The notes below the pieces were generated by a model. That model searched no databases. It was given only the letters and a program-made list of their open reading frames with translations, and was not told the origin of the DNA. A DNA stretch of 64,000 nucleotides from Isurus oxyrinchus (taxonomy: Eukaryota): positions 5,828,001-5,892,000 of the forward strand of contig JANJGN010000026.1 of the NCBI GenBank assembly GCA_026770705.1. The letters run 5' to 3'. The position numbers and the translations under genes are program-made. Shown here in pieces: positions 38,409 through 51,829 of this stretch. Position 1 is the stretch's first letter. Every line of letters starts with the position of its first letter.

Positions 38409-40841
38409 TCCAATGCCCACCGCCAGAGGGGCAATTAACTTGCAACATCAAAGATGTTACTTACAGTCAGTTGAACAAACAAATTAATGCAGTCATTTTC
38501 ATGCTTATGCTAATTAAAACAACATAATGCACTCGAACCAAAACGACTACTTTCTAATGCAGCTTAAAAATATATAACTATATTTATACATAGTTGCAAC
38601 AAAATTTACCTGACTTGAAATGCTTTTAAGCTAAAAGTAAATGAAATGTTTTGTGAGGAACCTGTAGTTGGTTCACTTCCTATGACGTCTCAAATAACTT
38701 CTGATAAAGCGTCATAAAAATGTTTTGATCGCAAGTCTAAACTGTACAGAAGTGAAGGGATAGGTGCAGTGTGGCGCCCTTAGTGCTTCAAAATTCAGGA
38801 AGCATGGAACAGGAATTAACTGTTTTGTTTCAGACCGGAGGAAGTTAGCATTGGTGTTCCACATAAGTTGGCTTTAGGATCACTGCCCTTCTGATCATTT
38901 CATATAGGTTATGTTGCACTTTAAATAAACTTTGTCTCATCCCTTCGAAATATCATATTCTATTTTAAATGCCTGTATCAACACTTATAATTCTGTACGT
39001 TTTACTTTATGCCATTGTGTTATCAGTTCATGTGCCTTTTACCACAACTAAGGCATTTCTTCCTGTTTCTTACCACTTACAGTGGAATACATTAGAGTTT
39101 AAACTTAGGTTTTAGCTCTGTCAGATGGTTATACTCTATTTAAACCCATCTTCCCTTACATCTAGGATATTATGTTGTGTAGTGCCATGGTGCATTTTCA
39201 CTTCAACCTCTTTATATTTTATATCAGGCCACTGCATTATCTTTTTTTATATCAATAAGGCAACAGTGTTCACACAATGAAAATCGTGGGTACGACTGAC
39301 ACATGCAAAACAAACAAGCTACCCTAAAAGTAACTGAATCATAACTATTTCCACTAACGTCTGGCGCAACTGCTAACCCCTCGACTATTGCAGTTTCATT
39401 CAACTAAGGCCAATGGCAGCCATTCCAAACCCACCTTTCGTATTGAACCATCTTATTAAATTGTCTCAGTGCCTTTACAGTGCAGAAGGAGGCCTTTCGA
39501 ACAATCGAGTGTGAACTGACTCCCTGAAAGAGCATTCCACCTTGTCCCACTCCCTGAATTATCCTCGTAATCATGTACATTTTCTCCTTTCAGGTAGCAA
39601 TCCAATTCCCTTATGACTTCGCTTCAAAATCTTCTGCATTCATTTTAAAGGCCATATTCCACGCCAATGTTACCCTATTTAATGTAAGCCTATTTGCAAT
39701 CAGCACGTTGTGTTCTTTCACTTCTTACAGATTTTCCTATACTGGATCCAATTTCTCTATGTGCCTGTTTAGGGGTCTAGAGGGGAGATGGCAGGTGAGT
39801 TAAATGACAGAACGGATTCTTGAAATGCAGGTGGGATAGCAATAGGACAATTAAAAAAAAAACATAAATGGGTCAAGAGGAACCGGAATCAGTGTTGCTG
39901 GAATAATTGCCTACGGCTATTGTCCAGAAAAAAACAAATGGCAGGAAGGCGTATGATCTGAAATGGTTAAATTCAGTTTTGAGCCAGATGGCTGGACAAT
40001 TCCTAAAACTAAATTGAACTTTTGTTTCTTTGCTTACGTTGATTTTTAGCAGAAGAGTAGACAAGGTGCAGGGCAGAGGGGCATCAGTCGGAATGGGAAG
40101 CAGAATTATAACTGCAGCTGGATGAAATTGCAGGTTCACATGCGCATTTCGCCAAAGTTCCCACCAGAACTTTTATAGCTTTTCTGACACATCCTTCTCA
40201 TAACGCAGATGGGTCAGGAAGATTGGGAAGCATCAATTAGGTGGTCTGCATTTATACTGAGTCACCATCAAAGGATCTTTTCACGGTCTGATCAGGGAAG
40301 GTTTCTTCATCATTTCGCTGACCTTAGGACACGCCCATTATACTCTTCCCTGCAGCACTGCCGCAGTCAAATGTGTTCCTGCCACCGCCTCCCAGAACAG
40401 TTTGTGCGCAGTTGCCTGTGTGCTTCTGATCAAATGCAAAATTTTAGCATGGCTCGCCTCTCATCTCATCAGTTAGGATATAACAGTAGTCAGTTCCAAT
40501 GGCAAATACAAAAGGAATAAAATATAAGAATCTGCTTTTGCTTCCCTGTGTGTCGTGGATACAGCGTCACGATCAGCAAATAGAATGCAATACATTGAAA
40601 AAGGTTCAAGCAAATGGCTGGGTATACATGGAAAACATGGGGGAATATCAGTTGGAACAGAATGTGTGTAAATGGGAAGGTTTTGCACATCATTAACGCG
40701 ATGCGGGAATTGTAGAAGCTGTGGAGGCTACTTAAATAATGGAGCAGGGGGCAACGGAGAGAACGGTCACTTCGAGTTTCTGAAAGGTCAGGGGTCGATG
40801 CCTTTGTGAGGTCATCACGCTGAAGGTGGTCGTAATTTGAA

Positions 40842-41213
40842 CAGATTGTCAAATGTGGAGGCTAGAGGCGATAATGCTGTGTGCAAGGACCTGGAAACTT
40901 CAGCAGATTGTCAAAAGTGGTGGCTGGAGACAGTAACACTGTGTGCAAGGACCTGGAAACTTAAGCAGATTGTCAAATGTGGAGGCTGGAGTCAATAACG
41001 CTGCATGCAAGGACCTGGAAACTTCAGCAGATTATCAAATGTGGAGGCTGGAGACAGTAACACTGTGCGCAAGGACCTGGAAACTGCAGCAGATTGTCAA
41101 ATGTGGAGGCTGGAGTCCATAACGCTGTGTGCAAGGACCTGGAAACTGCCGCAGATTGTCAAATGTAGAGGCAGCAGACAGTAACACTGTGTGCAAGGAC
41201 CTGGAAACTTCAA
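40842..41213. repeat. 62-bp minisatellite x6 with alternating A/B units
   Basis: Units CAGATTGTCAAATGTGGAGGCTGGAG...GCAAGGACCTGGAAACTTCAG start at 40842, 40904, 40966, 41028, 41090 and 41152. Confidence 0.95.
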
Positions 41214-42429
41214 GGAAATGGGCAGGTAGCGGAGGCAGCTGGGAAATGCGTGAGACTCGATCTCTTCTGGAATGGATAAGGATAGAATCTTTCAGAATTT
41301 GGGGATATTAGATTTGGTTTGATTTTTGATTTGATTCAACAGCAACACGGGAGCATCAATATCTTATAACATTTTTTTAATTTGCTGCCCAATGAAGCCA
41401 ACTGTATCCATTCTCCCTCCAGCCGCCAGATTTCCCTTTGATGATCGGCTCATGTTTGAAATTGTATGCTGCCTTTTTACAATGACATTCAGAAACTAGC
41501 TTATAGTTTTTGAGGATTACTTAATTCGATCTTTTACAGCCGTGTTGTATTAAGGATCGGCAGTCAAATTAGCTTCTGCTTTCAAGGGTGCAACAGTGGG
41601 GAAGATCTAATGTTTGGACACCAGTCATACTTTGGGTCCGAAATCGATTTCCTTGATTGGTTTTTGTCAACTTTTAACCCCTTAGCCTTCAACTCTCCCG
41701 TATCCTCAATGCAGTGAAGCCATTTCACTGTATTTAGCAGTTTTCCTCATGAATGCAGGTGGAGGGGCCAACCCTATTCCGAATTCCACTGCAGCTTTAG
41801 CCTGGGGTCGCCAAGGTCCAAGCTCTGGAGTATTGTCACGAAGAGACACAACTGAAGACTTACCAATGTAGAGGCTGTTTGCTGACGGAGAGACATTTAT
41901 ATATATGGCTCTCGTTTTCACATCGCTGCTAGCCAACGACGAGGGCTAAAAATGAAATGCAAAGAACAAGCGCAAAGCATGCTAACTGCCTTCACCCACA
42001 CACTCGATGCATCACATCGACCAAATTGGAAACACAGTTTCCAGCATAGAAGAGCATTTGCACTTTGGAAATATTACTCTTTCATACATGCGTACCAGCA
42101 GTTCTCAGTCCATTTCGTAATTTTCATGAGCACCTGCGGATGCAATGCGTCTGGAATCGGATTTTTGCTCCCTCAAGAATGCGCTATTTTGCGTTTCTTT
42201 CAATACCAACTGCAAAAGGAAGTTAGAAAATGAATTCGTTATTCCTTGTTATTCGGCGAAAATTGGGGCAAAATACATATCAATAAGACTGTCATTCCAA
42301 ACTATGTGGTTATGTTGCTTCTCTTTTTCGTGGACCTATCGGCACCTTAGTTAATGTGTTCTAGGAGTGTTCATGCAACACAATTAATATGAGTTTCTAT
42401 GTCATTTGATACTTTCTGTTTATGTTCCA

Positions 42430-44940
42430 CATACTCACAGAATTGCCAGAGCGCAGAAGGAAGCATTTTGTCCCAACCTGTCTGCATCAACTGTTTCAAT
42501 AAGCAATTTACCAGCTTCATTCTCCCATCCACTCCATATATCCTTCTCCCTTTTCAGATACCAATCTAATTCCCTTAAATTGCCCCGATTGAACTTCTCT
42601 GCATGAAATTCTCAGGCACTGCTTTCCAGATCTTAAGCACTGCTGCATGAAACAGTCTTTTCTACTTTTGCTTATCTTTTCCAATTACTTTAAACCTCTA
42701 CCGTGTCGTTCTTGATTATTTCACGAGTAACAATAGTTCTCCATATTTACTCCACCCAGATCCCTAATGATTAAACTGCTTTTTCAATACTCTTCTTAGC
42801 CTTACTTTCTCTAAGGAAAACAGTCGTAGCTTTTCCGACCATCTCACGAGCTGAAGTTTATTATCCCTGTAAACATTCTCATGAATTATTTTTACACCCT
42901 CTCCAATGCCTTCACAAGCTTCCTGAATTGCGGACGCCCAGAACTGGACGCAACGCATCTACTAAAGCAGAGCTACTATCTTGTATGAAATCGGCATAAC
43001 TTCCTTGCTCGTGTAGTCAGTGCCCCTACTCATAAAGCCTAGGGCACTATATCTTTTATTAAACGCTGTCTCATAGTATCAACCAACATTAAGTGACTAA
43101 TGTACATATACAGCCAGGTCCCTCAGCTCCTGGGAAACCTTTAATTTATGCCTTTTATTTTATATAGTCTGTCCATGGTGGTCATATCGAAAAGAATAAC
43201 TTCGAAATTGTCCGTATTGAACTCCACTTGTCACCGGCCTTCCCATCCCTGCTACAAGTGTAATGTATTTTTGGAAATATAAGCCATCCTCACTGACACC
43301 TGGGGAACACCACTCAAAACCTTCCTCCCGCCCTCAAAATAAAACGAAGAACCTACCACCATCGGTCAGCCGATTTCGTATCCATGTTGCTACTTTTGCA
43401 TTTTGTCCATGGGCTATAACATGGCTCACAATTCTGTTGTGCAGCTTTGTATCAATTGTCCTTTGGTAAGCCTATGACCACCACATAAAAAGCTTTGGCT
43501 CCATCATACATCTAAGTTACTTCCTAAAAATACTCCAGCAAGTGATTTAAACATGAACTTCCCTTAGGAAATCCATGCTGGCTTTTCTTAGTTAACACAT
43601 ATTTGTACATGTGATTGTTTATTTTGTCTCAAATAACCATTCTAGAATTTTCCCAAGCACAGAAGTTAAACTGACGGATAAATTGTTTCTGGCATTTAAA
43701 TTTTCACTCGTTCATTGAACTAGTATCGATTGTAAATGTATAGTTTGCAATTCTGCAATCCTGTGAAACCACACCTGAGTCTATGGAAGAGTAAGAAATA
43801 ATGGCCAATGCCTCCACAATTTCAAATTGCAGTTCGCCGAGTACCCTTGGATGCAGGTCATCCGCTACTGTTGCTGTACCAAATTCAATACAGACATCCT
43901 ATTCCCATCAACACCGCCCAACACCTCAACACCCCCCCCCCCCCACTAAACCACTTATCTGTTATCGACCATTCTATTGTCTAAAATATCTCCCCTTTCA
44001 CCATGGCGTGATTCGTATCTTCTTCTGTTGTGAAGACCGATGCGAAATATTCATGAAATTCCCCTGTGCCTTAGGATGTAAATCCCTTTTTAGGTCACTA
44101 ATCGGTCCTGCTCCTCCTTTTACCACCGTTTCATCATGTATGTTCTTATAGCAAACTTCGAGAAAAGGAACGTTTTACATACTCCTGCCTTGTACTGCCC
44201 CTCTAAGCATATATTATCATTTGTGTTCATAAAAGGACTGACTCACCTCTTAGTAACCGCTGAAAATTTGCATTCCAGTAGAAGAGTTTTGAATTCCATT
44301 TCATGTTGACTAGCATCCGAAATTCATATTCTCTCTTTGCCAAAGTTATCGACCTCTTCACCAACCCACAACGCCCTGGTCCCTACGCCGAAACTATTGC
44401 ATCTCACTTGACCCATGCACCTGGCATGCACCCACTCACTTTGTTTCAACATAATCTCTATCCCCCTTGTCATTCAGTGAGCTCTGTTTTAGCCCTCTAA
44501 CTTTTGGTTAGCCTGTACCGAAAGAACCCCTCCTTTTAAAATTCCCCATCATTCATTTCCAATTCTTCCCGTCAGTCTTTTGTTCCATTTTAAACTGACC
44601 AGTATACTTCACATCACATTAAAATCATCGCTTTTCCAATTTAATCCCCTACTTTATATCGTTCCTTGCTTTTCTCTAGGGATAATCTAAATCATATCAC
44701 TTGATGATCAGACTTACCCAAATGTTACCCCACACAACCATGGTCTAGTTGACCCACATCATTTCGCAGCACCAACTTCAGTACTTTGCCCTTTTTAGTT
44801 CGGCCGAGTTGTATGTAACAATTAAGATCTCCTGAACACATTTCAGAAATTCCTTCCCATCCTTCCCCTTGTCCCTAACATTAGCCTAATCCATGCTTGG
44901 GCAATTTTTGCCTCCACAAATCACCACTCTAGTCTTCTTG
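42430..44940 (-). mobile_element. Decayed CR1 LINE covering much of ORF2 and the 3' end
   Basis: Minus strand has DDLHPRVL (~43840-43860), QHGFPKG (~43560-43580), GVPQ (~43290), CVQFW (42764..42958 ORF) and a 3' UTR near 42440. It abuts the intron remnant upstream of IgM CH3. Confidence 0.8.
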
Positions 44941-45000
44941 GCTACAGGCGTTCTGGTTCTGAAGGTGAAGTTCTGCTTGACTCTCACGTCTGTTTCACAG

Positions 45001-45309
45001 TTCCCCCCTCATTCCACAATCCAGAAATTACACTACTACAACCACGAATAGAACAGATCTTACTGGAGGCAACAGCGACCTCAATCTTAATCGTAACTAA
45101 TGCCCCTCGTGGAGACAAAGTTTCCTGGAACGAGGAACAGGAGCCTTTGAAATCAGAGGTTTCCGTCCAAACGGGTGACAGCCCTAACAGCGTGGTGAGC
45201 AACGTGAACATCTCAACACAAGCCTGGCTGAGTGGGGCTCAGTTCTACTGCGTGCTGAGCCAGCAGGTTCTGCCAACCTCTTTAAGACATTCCAGCCACA
45301 AGGAATGAG
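45001..45309 (+). pseudogene. IGHM: Immunoglobulin mu heavy chain CH3 exon (pseudogene)
   Basis: Acceptor tttcacag|, then [101 protein letters not shown], closely matching shark IgM CH3. The first Cys is lost and TGA at 45306-45308 precedes the G|GT donor. Confidence 0.93.
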
Positions 45310-45816
45310 GTGTTTGCTCAGATTGAAGCAATGAGAGAACCATTGTGTCTATTTCCGGTGTAAGTGTATGGGTTACTTTTGAACTGTACCATCCATTAAT
45401 CGACTACTCGGACTATTCAACTGGTCATTCCGCAGATAAACTCCCTGGAGACATAGATCATTCGGATAACGGGAAGATGGATAAATGGATGAATGAAAGA
45501 GGAAGTGAAGGATATGGCATGAGGTGTAGATGACGTAAAGCGGGAAGTGCCTTGTGTGAGCTGAAACACCAGCACAAACAAGTTGGGCCGAATGGACTTT
45601 AACTGTGCTCAGAACTCTAACTTTACAGTTCAGCAGTTTAAGTTCTCATAGAGGAGGATAGCGTATACATTTGCTCCTGGTTAGAAAATCGAACGGAGCC
45701 CGGGAGGAAAACCTTTAAAATTCATGGCGAATCACGTTTCATTCACATCTTACCACCAGTTGCATTGTCCCTGGAATTGTCCAATTTTTTAAACATTTTT
45801 GTAAAATTTTATGCAG

Positions 45817-46164
45817 TTAAATATCCACGGAAACCGTCCGTCGCCGTCCTCCTGCCCCCGGCTGAAGAAGTCTCCGTTCAGAGATTCATCTCCCTCAGCT
45901 GCTAAGTAAGAGGTTTCTCCCCCGGAGAGATATTCTTCAAGTGGACCGTCAATGACAAGCCGGTCAATCCGGGGAACTACAAGAACACCGAGGTGATGGC
46001 GGAGAACTGCAATAACTCCTTCTTCATGTACAGCCTGTTATCCATTGCAACGGAGGAGTGGGCCAGCGGCGCTTCTTACTCGTGTGTGGTGGGACATCAA
46101 GCGATTCCCTTGAAGATCATCAACAGAACGGTTGATAGATCCAGCGGTTAATTCATGTCAATGA
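45817..46164 (+). pseudogene. IGHM: Immunoglobulin mu heavy chain CH4 exon plus remnant secretory tail (pseudogene)
   Basis: Acceptor atgcag|, then [109 protein letters not shown], i.e. shark IgM CH4. TAA at 45903-45905; out-of-frame VNSCQ* at 46147-46164. Confidence 0.95.
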
Positions 46165-46404
46165 GAATCTATCGCGTATGTTTTGAACTTCAATATATGT
46201 AATGCAGTCCTTTTCCTCCATTCATGATATAAATACACAACTGCTTAATCAATTGTTGTTTCAGATCATTACAGATGTCGGACACAGTGTTGTACAAGTA
46301 GTGCCCGCAGCTGAGCAGAAGTTAGAGACGGACTAAAGTTCTTTAATCTCAAAATTCCCCACAGTTACTTCAGAAACTCTCCTTCTGCTTTGGCGAAACC
46401 CAAG

Positions 46405-46830
46405 ATCATAGGAACAGAGGTACATAGGATTCAGGAGTAGAAGTAGGCCATTCGGCCTCTCAAGCCTACTCCACCATTTGATTCGGTCATTATTAATGTG
46501 ATTGTGATCTAAACTGCCCTTTTCTGTCTGCCACAATGAACCATTAATTCCTTTGTAACAAAATGTTGTCTCACGCTGCCTTGAACAAATTCAATGACTC
46601 AGCTTCCTGGGGAAAGTGGTTCCACAGAATAACGCCCCTCTGGGAAAAGAATAAAATCTCCTCATCACCGTCTTACGAGGGAGACATTTCATCTGAAGCA
46701 ACGTCCTCTCGTTCTCGTCTTTCAACACAAGGAGAGACTCCTTCCAGTCCCCACCCCATCAAGTTCTCTCAGGATCTTATGTTTCAATAAGATCACTTCT
46801 CATTTCTAAACTCCAGTGGGTACAGCTGAA
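46405..46830 (-). mobile_element. CR1 LINE 3' end
   Basis: ATAGGAACAG...GTAGGCCATTCGGCCTCTCAAGCC (inverted CR1 3' UTR), then inverted FSQRGVILWNHFPQEA-like C-terminus. Confidence 0.75.
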
Positions 46831-47679
46831 GTGAGCTTTCCCTACATTTATATTCCATTCCGCTTGCAGTAATGGCCGACAATCCAGTTGCCTACCTATT
46901 CACCTGCTGTGCCGGTATCACAATGTTTTGTGATTCTGACAGATTTTGCATTTCCAACAAAGTTAGCACAGTTACATCCCGATATCTCCGCCTGTCGTGT
47001 TGTCTTCCCTTCAAAATTAAGGTCGGTTTTAAGTTGCAGCATCACACCCATTGAGAAGAGAAGCGTGGGCCAAAAGGCAACGTGTTAACCAGTGCACCTC
47101 CTATTCGCCGACCAGAGAGAGGGGAAAGGGCAAACATGAAATCCCAAAATTTGAGCAGAAAGTTTAGAAGGGGAAATTTCTCCGTTATATGACGCAGCTG
47201 CCAACAATACTAGTTTCTTGTCCAAAGATTTTAAACTTCCCTCATGATTATCCTCTTGCAAAGCATGTACTTAAACAACATGATATTTCAAAATTTTATT
47301 TTGACATTCCGAATTCGTTTAACCGTATCCATATGTACCTGGTGGCGTTTCCAGTAATGGAGAGCTGCCAGCCTCTGATTGGCTGACAGCAAGAGCTGCC
47401 AGAATTTGATTGGCTAACAGTTGTCAGCAGCAAGTTTTCCAACCAGATGTTGAACACCAAAAGTCCAAATTTCAACGAGTGCCTCATTTCCTCTGGTTTT
47501 ATCAGAGTTGTGTCCCCCATGATTCCGAGGCACAGCAGCAGATTTGTTGCTTGATGTCATTTTGCATCTTCGAGAAAGCACGTTTACTTGCCGAAAGATG
47601 AAAAATCGCCTCCATAATTCGTATCGGCAGGGCCAGATCTGGTTATTCGTATTCGGTGAAATTTGGAAAAAAACTTAAA

Positions 47680-48240
47680 ATCCTCAGAAACTGACACAGA
47701 CGTACATATGAACGCACCCACATACTCATATATACATAGAAACAAGCGCAGACATATATTACCCATTAGCGGGCTCATACAAGTAAGCGCAAACATAAAC
47801 GTGAACATTAACAGACTCAACAGCACACTTTGACGATCAGAGGAATACGGACATTATCACATACACTATCGTATACATTAACGAACATAAATGGCAGACA
47901 TACACGCACATTAACAGACCCACAACGACACGAAACAAAATGTTGAGGATGATGGAAATCTGAAGTGACAAGATGTAAATGTTGGAAATACTCAACATCT
48001 ATGTCCCTCCATTACTTTTGTTTTTTTCTTTACAGATGTTAACACATTCACAGACACACGCGGAGACACAAACGTCAACACGCTCGCACACACAAGAACA
48101 CAAACACAGACATAAACACCACAATGACACATGGACACACACACATCAACACATGGATGCCAACATCTATTATCGCACACATGCATTCATTAGCACAATC
48201 AAACACACTCATTGAAACACAAACTTTAACATACATGGAG
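47680..48240. repeat. CA-rich low-complexity region (decayed (CA)n)
   Basis: Dense ACAC/ACATA runs, which produce His/Thr-rich and Val/Cys-rich spurious ORFs. Confidence 0.7.
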
Positions 48241-50529
48241 CACAAAAGGACATTTAATTTTCCCTATTTGAAATGCATGAGATAATTTCTGCCTTTAATG
48301 TAATTGTATCCAATAATTTCCTTTCAGTTAGATTTCCATTTGTAAATAAGTAAATGTTCTCATTCTTTATTTATTATCGTTCCCTTTCCTTTAGATTGAG
48401 CGCTGTTCCCTCTTTCTGGGGTCTGTTACAGTATTTCATATAGTTGGTAGGTTAGAGCACAGGTGTTCTGTTTCCAATGTGAGGCTCAATCATTATATTC
48501 ATTTCTGTTATCTTTAAAATAGGCTTATCCTGTAAGATGTTCTGTGAAATTGTTAATAAATGTTGAATGAAAATTGGCAAACTATGACTTTGCTTAATCC
48601 CTTTCTCCGAGTCACATCGACACCGCTCCACTTTCCCGAATGCAGTTTATCTCCAGACAGGCATTTTTCTCCAGTCCTGTCATGGATGTGTTTAAACCCG
48701 AGGCCATCAGCATAAAAAAGTTTAACTTAGCCTTTTTATCGTAACATGCAGCTTGGAGAACCTCGGTGATTTCACTCCTTCTCTGGCCCCTCGCAGTTAC
48801 AGAACAGGTGATTCAAATTAACAATGCAAATGCTTCATCGCAGGACGATGCAGGACTGTATATAGAGGAAGGACACTTCTTTTACCTACGCCGTTAAACA
48901 ATTTCCCGGTTTGTAGATCACGGGTTAGATAAAGAGCAAAGTTCCCTCTACTTTGACCTATTAAACTCACGCAAGGTAGAGACTTCACCGAGCAGATATA
49001 TAACAAATATTGGACAGTTGGCACAAGCCATGGTGTGCGTCTTAGGTACTGGAGTACATCTGGCACATAAATCTCATCGAGCACAAATCTTGTGTTCCAT
49101 CTGACACGCTAGGCAGCAAAAGCACTGGAAATGATTCGGAGAGACTGCGGACAAAATTCTCTGTTTTGAATTTGGATTCTCAGCACCTGGAGCGTGGATT
49201 ATTTCCTGATTAAAAACAGAAAAGTCATATCAGTTCAACCAGAATCGGAGCAGTGAGATTTGACGTTTCGCCTGAGAGCTGGAAATGTCACAGTTCGAAC
49301 AGGTGCAGGACAAATGCCGAGGTGAAGATACGGATTGCGTGAAGGGCTGTGATGGGCGGTATAGCACTGACTATAGCGATGATGTTTCAAGGCAAAATCT
49401 AGCGGTAGTGGGGGAGGTTTTACTGTTTTCACCGACACAAATATCTCGCAGATCTGATTCCGAAACTCAAGTTAAATGACAAAAAGAACTTCTCGCTGAA
49501 TTTATTCAGTCCCATGACGTCAAAGGAGCTGAGCAGAAGGGAAGAAGGTGGATTTTTCTGGACCTGGTTGTTTGGTGATAGAATGACAGTGAAGGCAGCA
49601 GCAGTGAGGGTGGAAATGAAACAATTATAGAAAGTTACAACACAGAAATCGGCCATTCGGCCCAGCGTACTACTTCAAAGAGCAATTGTGATTGGTTGAC
49701 AAGGAGTGATATTTGTCCCAGTTTGAACAGCAGGAAGAAAAATCTACACCATTCCCACGCACATTTTGCACCGTCATCCCTTTAGTCCGTTACTTTCTCA
49801 TGCCTTGTAACCCATCACAGTCCTTCACTTTTGTCCTTTCACTCCCCTCTCTCCGCCTCTGGGCTTGTTTTCCACCTGTTACATCTCTGACTTTTCCAGC
49901 TCTGATGAAAGTTGATAGTGGATACAATACTTTGTACAATAATACCGGAAATAGGTAACTGTGTGTCACTTAGTGAGGACTGTCAAATTCATTAATGTTA
50001 GAAGCACATTACTCTTGAAAGTAGACGGGATTGCTGATCCCATAAGAGGCGTGCGCAAGAATTGGAACAAGAAGCAGATTATCTTCTGACTGGACCAGTG
50101 GCGGGAGTGAAGTTTAATAATTATCAAAATAGGAGGCAATCCAATAATAATGCATTCAGAGTCCAGTGTGATTATAGCAAAGGTACGTTTAAACTTGGTG
50201 TAACCAAGACAGTGTTCGACCCAATAATAACAGCCGCAGGATGCTCTGTATTACTGAACACATCACTGCATAAAGTGTGCTGATAGCATAGGCGGTATCC
50301 AGTGCACCAAAACCGAAGTTAGGGCGTGTGATTCCAGAAACATTGTAAATTTTTTGGCAGAAGAACGGAATCAAGGACCATTGAACTTTGAATGGAATAA
50401 GAATGATTTAACAACACAGACATGGGCTGGTGTGATCGGTACTGTGAACAGAACATGCCCATATTCAATAATTGACAGCACTCTCACTCCAGGGTCAAAG
50501 TTTATGGGTTCAAGTCTCCGTCCAGTTAA

Positions 50530-50697
50530 AATCATGGAACTCTCTCCCTAAGAACACTGTGGGGTTAGCTACACCATATGGACTGCAGTTGTTCAACAAG
50601 TCAGCTCACCACCATCATCTCAAGGGCAATATGGGATGGACAATAAATTCTGGCCCAGCCAGGGATCCCCAATGCCATCAATGAATTTTAAAAAAAG
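50530..50697 (+). mobile_element. LINE ORF2 C-terminus and 3' tail
   Basis: KSWNSLPKNTVGLATPYGLQLFNKSAHHHHLKGN followed by ...ATGAATTTTAAAAAAA. Confidence 0.8.
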
Positions 50698-51829
50698 ACT
50701 GCACCATAGAATCTGGATGGATTCTCCAGGTGTCAGTATAAATTGAACTTCATTTGCTTTTACGTTCTTTTTCCTAGTATTTTCTTACACTTAGAATCGA
50801 CGAGGGAATATAGCAGTCAGAGCAATTCTGCAGCTCCCTATCCAGCCAGGCAGCGGTTCCTGCAACATAATCATGAGATTGACATTTGTGTTCAATAAAA
50901 AAGAAAACTCTTCCATTTTGATGTACCAAGCAATTGGCGATTACAGGGCCTGGAGCAGACTGGATCCCGGAATGATAATGGTCACAGAGGCCGACTGAAA
51001 TATATCAGTGACAGAGGCCGTTGTTACCGCTTGAAGTCTTACATTGAGCGAGGTAGATGAGCGAAGAACATTGGATTTTAATTGTCAGACAAACAGGTGG
51101 AACGCCATTGTGTTTTGTGCATATTGCAGGGCCCTATGTAATGATGAGTGGAGCAGGGTGCTCTGTGATAAGATAGTAATGGGGAAGTATTGACTGAGGC
51201 CCGTGACTGAGAGTGACTAAGGATGGCTGTACCCAAGGGTGAGAAAATCAGGGCGTGGCGACTGCAGAGGTTTCTGATACCTGAGGTGACAGTGACACAT
51301 CTGTCAGTGGAACAGAAACGGATCTGTTGCTTCACAGCTTTTCTTGTACTTTAGGAGTTGGACAGAGGCACACGGGCCGAGTCTGGCCACGCAAAGAAAC
51401 CAACATTTTCAATCTTCCACTTGATGCTCATTGTCACTGAAAAGATCAAGTAACGAAATCGCCCCAGGGAAAAATTCTGTGCCACATAGTTTCAAGGAGT
51501 TGGTGATTCTCTGATAAGATTTCAATCCAGTGACATTCACTTTAAAGTTTATGAATAAACTCTTGACAGCTGCCTGACAATTATCAGCATTATATGTGCT
51601 GGCAATTTCAGGCGACAGGATGAGCCCACGATGCAAAGCATGTGATTATCATATTTTATTTGGGCACAGTAAAGTTCAGAGGTCGGTGCCGAAATGATGC
51701 TGCAACAAGAAGATACATAAATACAGAAAAGGAAACAGTAATAAAGGCATAAAATCATTGGAAAAGTCCAATCAGCACACGGTGCGTATGTCTACTCTAT
51801 TAAAAGTCTGTCCAATTAGTGACATTCCC

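Noticed and set aside
38417-38435. CTCF-like CCGCCAGAGGGGCA upstream of the GPCR
   Set aside because: An extra G breaks the conserved GGC spacing; cannot be supported without a PWM score.
46283-46325. CACAGTG heptamer after CH4
   Set aside because: No nonamer at 12 or 23 bp spacing.
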